Positions 62,483 through 64,000 of a DNA stretch of 64,000 nucleotides are shown piece after piece. The notes under the pieces were generated by a model. That model ran no database searches. It saw only the letters and a program-made list of their open reading frames with translations, and was not told the origin of the DNA. Made by a program: the position numbers and the translations under genes. How positions within the stretch are numbered: position 1 is the first letter of the stretch; the number at the start of each line of letters is the position of its first letter. Where the stretch lies: positions 26,588 through 90,587 of the forward strand of contig CAYNFE010000003.1 in assembly GCA_964396475.1 (NCBI GenBank). Reading direction: 5' to 3'. This DNA comes from Candidatus Woesearchaeota archaeon. Its GTDB lineage: Archaea > Nanobdellota > Nanobdellia > Pacearchaeales > UBA284.

Positions 62483-63487
62483 TTAATAAGCTTCTTTAGC
62501 AAGTTTTTTTAATTTATCTGATTTTTTTCTAATAGGTTCTAACAAAGAATTAATCTCTCTAGCTATAGCAATTTTCAAATCTAAAGGATGAATTTTCTTC
62601 TCTATAAAATCTTTTTTCAGTTCTTTATAAGTTAAATATTCTTTATTTCCTCCGAATTTCTCTGGTCTTTTAATAATGAATTTACCTTTAATTGTCATAA
62701 TAACATACTTTACAAAAGGAAGCAAACCATTTTCTGGATCTCCTTCTTTGCAATATGCTCTATTAATTTTCCTTTCAACAATCTTCTCATCATCTAAAAT
62801 ATCTATTTTACTTTCCTCTACACTTGCACTCATTTTACCCCCTTCTACAAGACTAGGAATTAAAGGATGTAAAATTTCAATTCTTGGCTCATAAGTTAAT
62901 TTGGGAAGATTTTCTCTGGCTAAGACTATTATTTTTCTTTGGTCAGTTCCACCTAACTGAGCATCTACTCTAAGATATTGTTCATCTACTGCTTGCATTA
63001 TAGGATATATTAATCCTGACAGTTTTGGACTTTTTCCCATTTTAACAACGTCAGAAGCTGCTTTATTTGCATCACGCACAGAAACAAAAGAACTCATTTT
63101 AAGTACATCAAACATATAGTCTGCCCCTAATTGAAAATCACTGCCTTTGATAAATTCTAGATTTTTGATATCCACCCCAATTACTTTTATCATCAAAGGT
63201 ATAATCTCTTTGTAATAATTATATCTCTTTTCTAAAACACTCCAAGATACATTATCAAGAGCCGCATGTAAATCTGCAAGAAGAATTTTTACTTTAAATC
63301 CTGCCTTAAGAAGATCTGCTATTTTAAGGGCTGGAAGAAAATAACCCACATGTGGTTTTCCTGTTGGAGCTGTCCCCCAATAAGCAACAAGTTGTTTTTT
63401 ATTCTTCAACAGCTTCTTTAATTTCGCTTCCCCAAGTATTTCTTCTGTATTTCTCTTTATCAGTTCAAACCTCTTTTCTTCATCCAT
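62483..63487 (-). CDS. tyrS: Tyrosine--tRNA ligase (archaeal type)
   Basis: Collinear with M. jannaschii TyrRS: MDEEKRFELIKRNTEEI, APTGKPHVGY, LLADLHA, IYPIMQAVD, GGKMSAS, KRPEKFGG. Confidence 0.95.
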   Translation of the reverse strand: MDEEKRFELIKRNTEEILGEAKLKKLLKNKKQLVAYWGTAPTGKPHVGYFLPALKIADLLKAGFKVKILLADLHAALDNVSWSVLEKRYNYYKEIIPLMIKVIGVDIKNLEFIKGSDFQLGADYMFDVLKMSSFVSVRDANKAASDVVKMGKSPKLSGLIYPIMQAVDEQYLRVDAQLGGTDQRKIIVLARENLPKLTYEPRIEILHPLIPSLVEGGKMSASVEESKIDILDDEKIVERKINRAYCKEGDPENGLLPFVKYVIMTIKGKFIIKRPEKFGGNKEYLTYKELKKDFIEKKIHPLDLKIAIAREINSLLEPIRKKSDKLKKLAKEAY

Positions 63488-63538
63488 TATTCAACAATAG
63501 TAGCTTAGTTTTTTATAGTTTTCGTAATAAAGATTAAT

Positions 63539-63883
63539 ATGAAAACACGTTCCTTGCTTAAATTTTCTTTAATAACTGCTTTGATAGGAATTTATCTTAT
63601 TATTATTCTTGCTAATACTCTAGAACCGAGCATAATAAAAATCTCTGATATAAATGAGAATATGGTTGATGAATGGGTCAGAATTAAAGGAAATGTGACA
63701 AATCAGAAAAATATTGATGGATTAACAATACTCACACTCTATGATGGTACAGCAGGAATTCATGTAGTGATGTATAAAAAAATAGAAAATTTTGAGAATT
63801 CAGAAGTTATTATTCTAGGAAAAATAATTGAATATAAAGGGGAAATTGAAGTTGAAATAAATAAAATACAAGTAGTTAAATGA
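63539..63883 (+). CDS. Membrane-anchored OB-fold protein
   Basis: N-terminal TM helix, then WVRIKGNVTNQKNIDGLTILTLYDGTAGIHVVMY...ILGKIIEYKGEIEV, an OB-fold (tRNA_anti-like) pattern. Confidence 0.5.
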   Translation: MKTRSLLKFSLITALIGIYLIIILANTLEPSIIKISDINENMVDEWVRIKGNVTNQKNIDGLTILTLYDGTAGIHVVMYKKIENFENSEVIILGKIIEYKGEIEVEINKIQVVK

Positions 63884-64000
63884 TTGGGTATATCTTAATT
63901 GCTATATTTTTAGGTCTTATAGCAGGAATTTTTACAGGCTTAATTCCAGGAATTCATATAAATCTTCTAGCTTTACTCTTGTTTTCTAGCTCAGCTTTCT
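63880..64000 (+). CDS. Membrane protein, DUF112/TctA-like; partial, runs off the window
   Basis: ATGA overlap with the previous stop. MIGYILIAIFLGLIAGIFTGLIPGIHINLLALLLF is the GxxxGxxPG motif of the TctA/DUF112 family. Confidence 0.45.
   Translation, partial: MIGYILIAIFLGLIAGIFTGLIPGIHINLLALLLFSSSAF

Noticed and set aside
1-64000. I looked for CRISPR arrays, long direct or inverted repeats, transposases, integrases, reverse transcriptases (DGR/retron) and rRNA genes.
   Set aside because: I saw no regularly spaced repeats and no recognisable recombinase or RT motifs in any ORF. The only exact repeat noted is the 2 x 11-nt tandem at 35804-35825. A by-eye scan cannot exclude short or degenerate repeats.

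Overview
Strongly AT-rich, gene-dense archaeal chromosome segment. The gene content fits a small-genome DPANN-type archaeon (Pacearchaeota/Woesearchaeota-like). Archaeal or eukaryote-type housekeeping genes are recognisable throughout: r-proteins S8e, S3Ae, L44e, L40e and L1-P0-P1, an Sm protein, a TFB N-terminus, Spt5-SecE, aIF5A, GINS, RPA, RadA, FtsZ, SRP54/FtsY, GlyRS, TyrRS, NDK, class II RNR, a split Hef helicase/nuclease, agmatinase and a Dph6-like protein. Five intron-less tRNAs without encoded CCA are present: Leu-TAG, Val-GAC, Thr-TGT, Ala-CGC and Ala-GGC. I saw no rRNA, CRISPR array, transposase or integrase. The accessory content forms one theme, a dispersed type IV pilus-like surface apparatus. 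It includes eleven consecutive small genes, ten with class III (prepilin-type) signal peptides (26657-32419). One of these is fused to a lytic-transglycosylase (SLT) domain. The apparatus also includes a FlaJ/TadC-like platform protein (23646-25820) and a FlaI/VirB11-type ATPase with a long N-terminal extension (35902-38202). Upstream of the platform gene lies a PRC-barrel gene followed by three tandem paralogous membrane proteins. A separate operon (1637-11300) encodes a 621-aa pilin-signal protein and a 2593-aa Cys-rich secreted giant carrying M23/LytM-like and NlpC/P60-like modules. SLT, M23 and NlpC/P60 are three murein-hydrolase families, and archaea make no murein, so the most interesting hypothesis is a pilus-linked apparatus that acts on another cell's wall. 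All functional calls come from motif reading of the translations. No database search was run.
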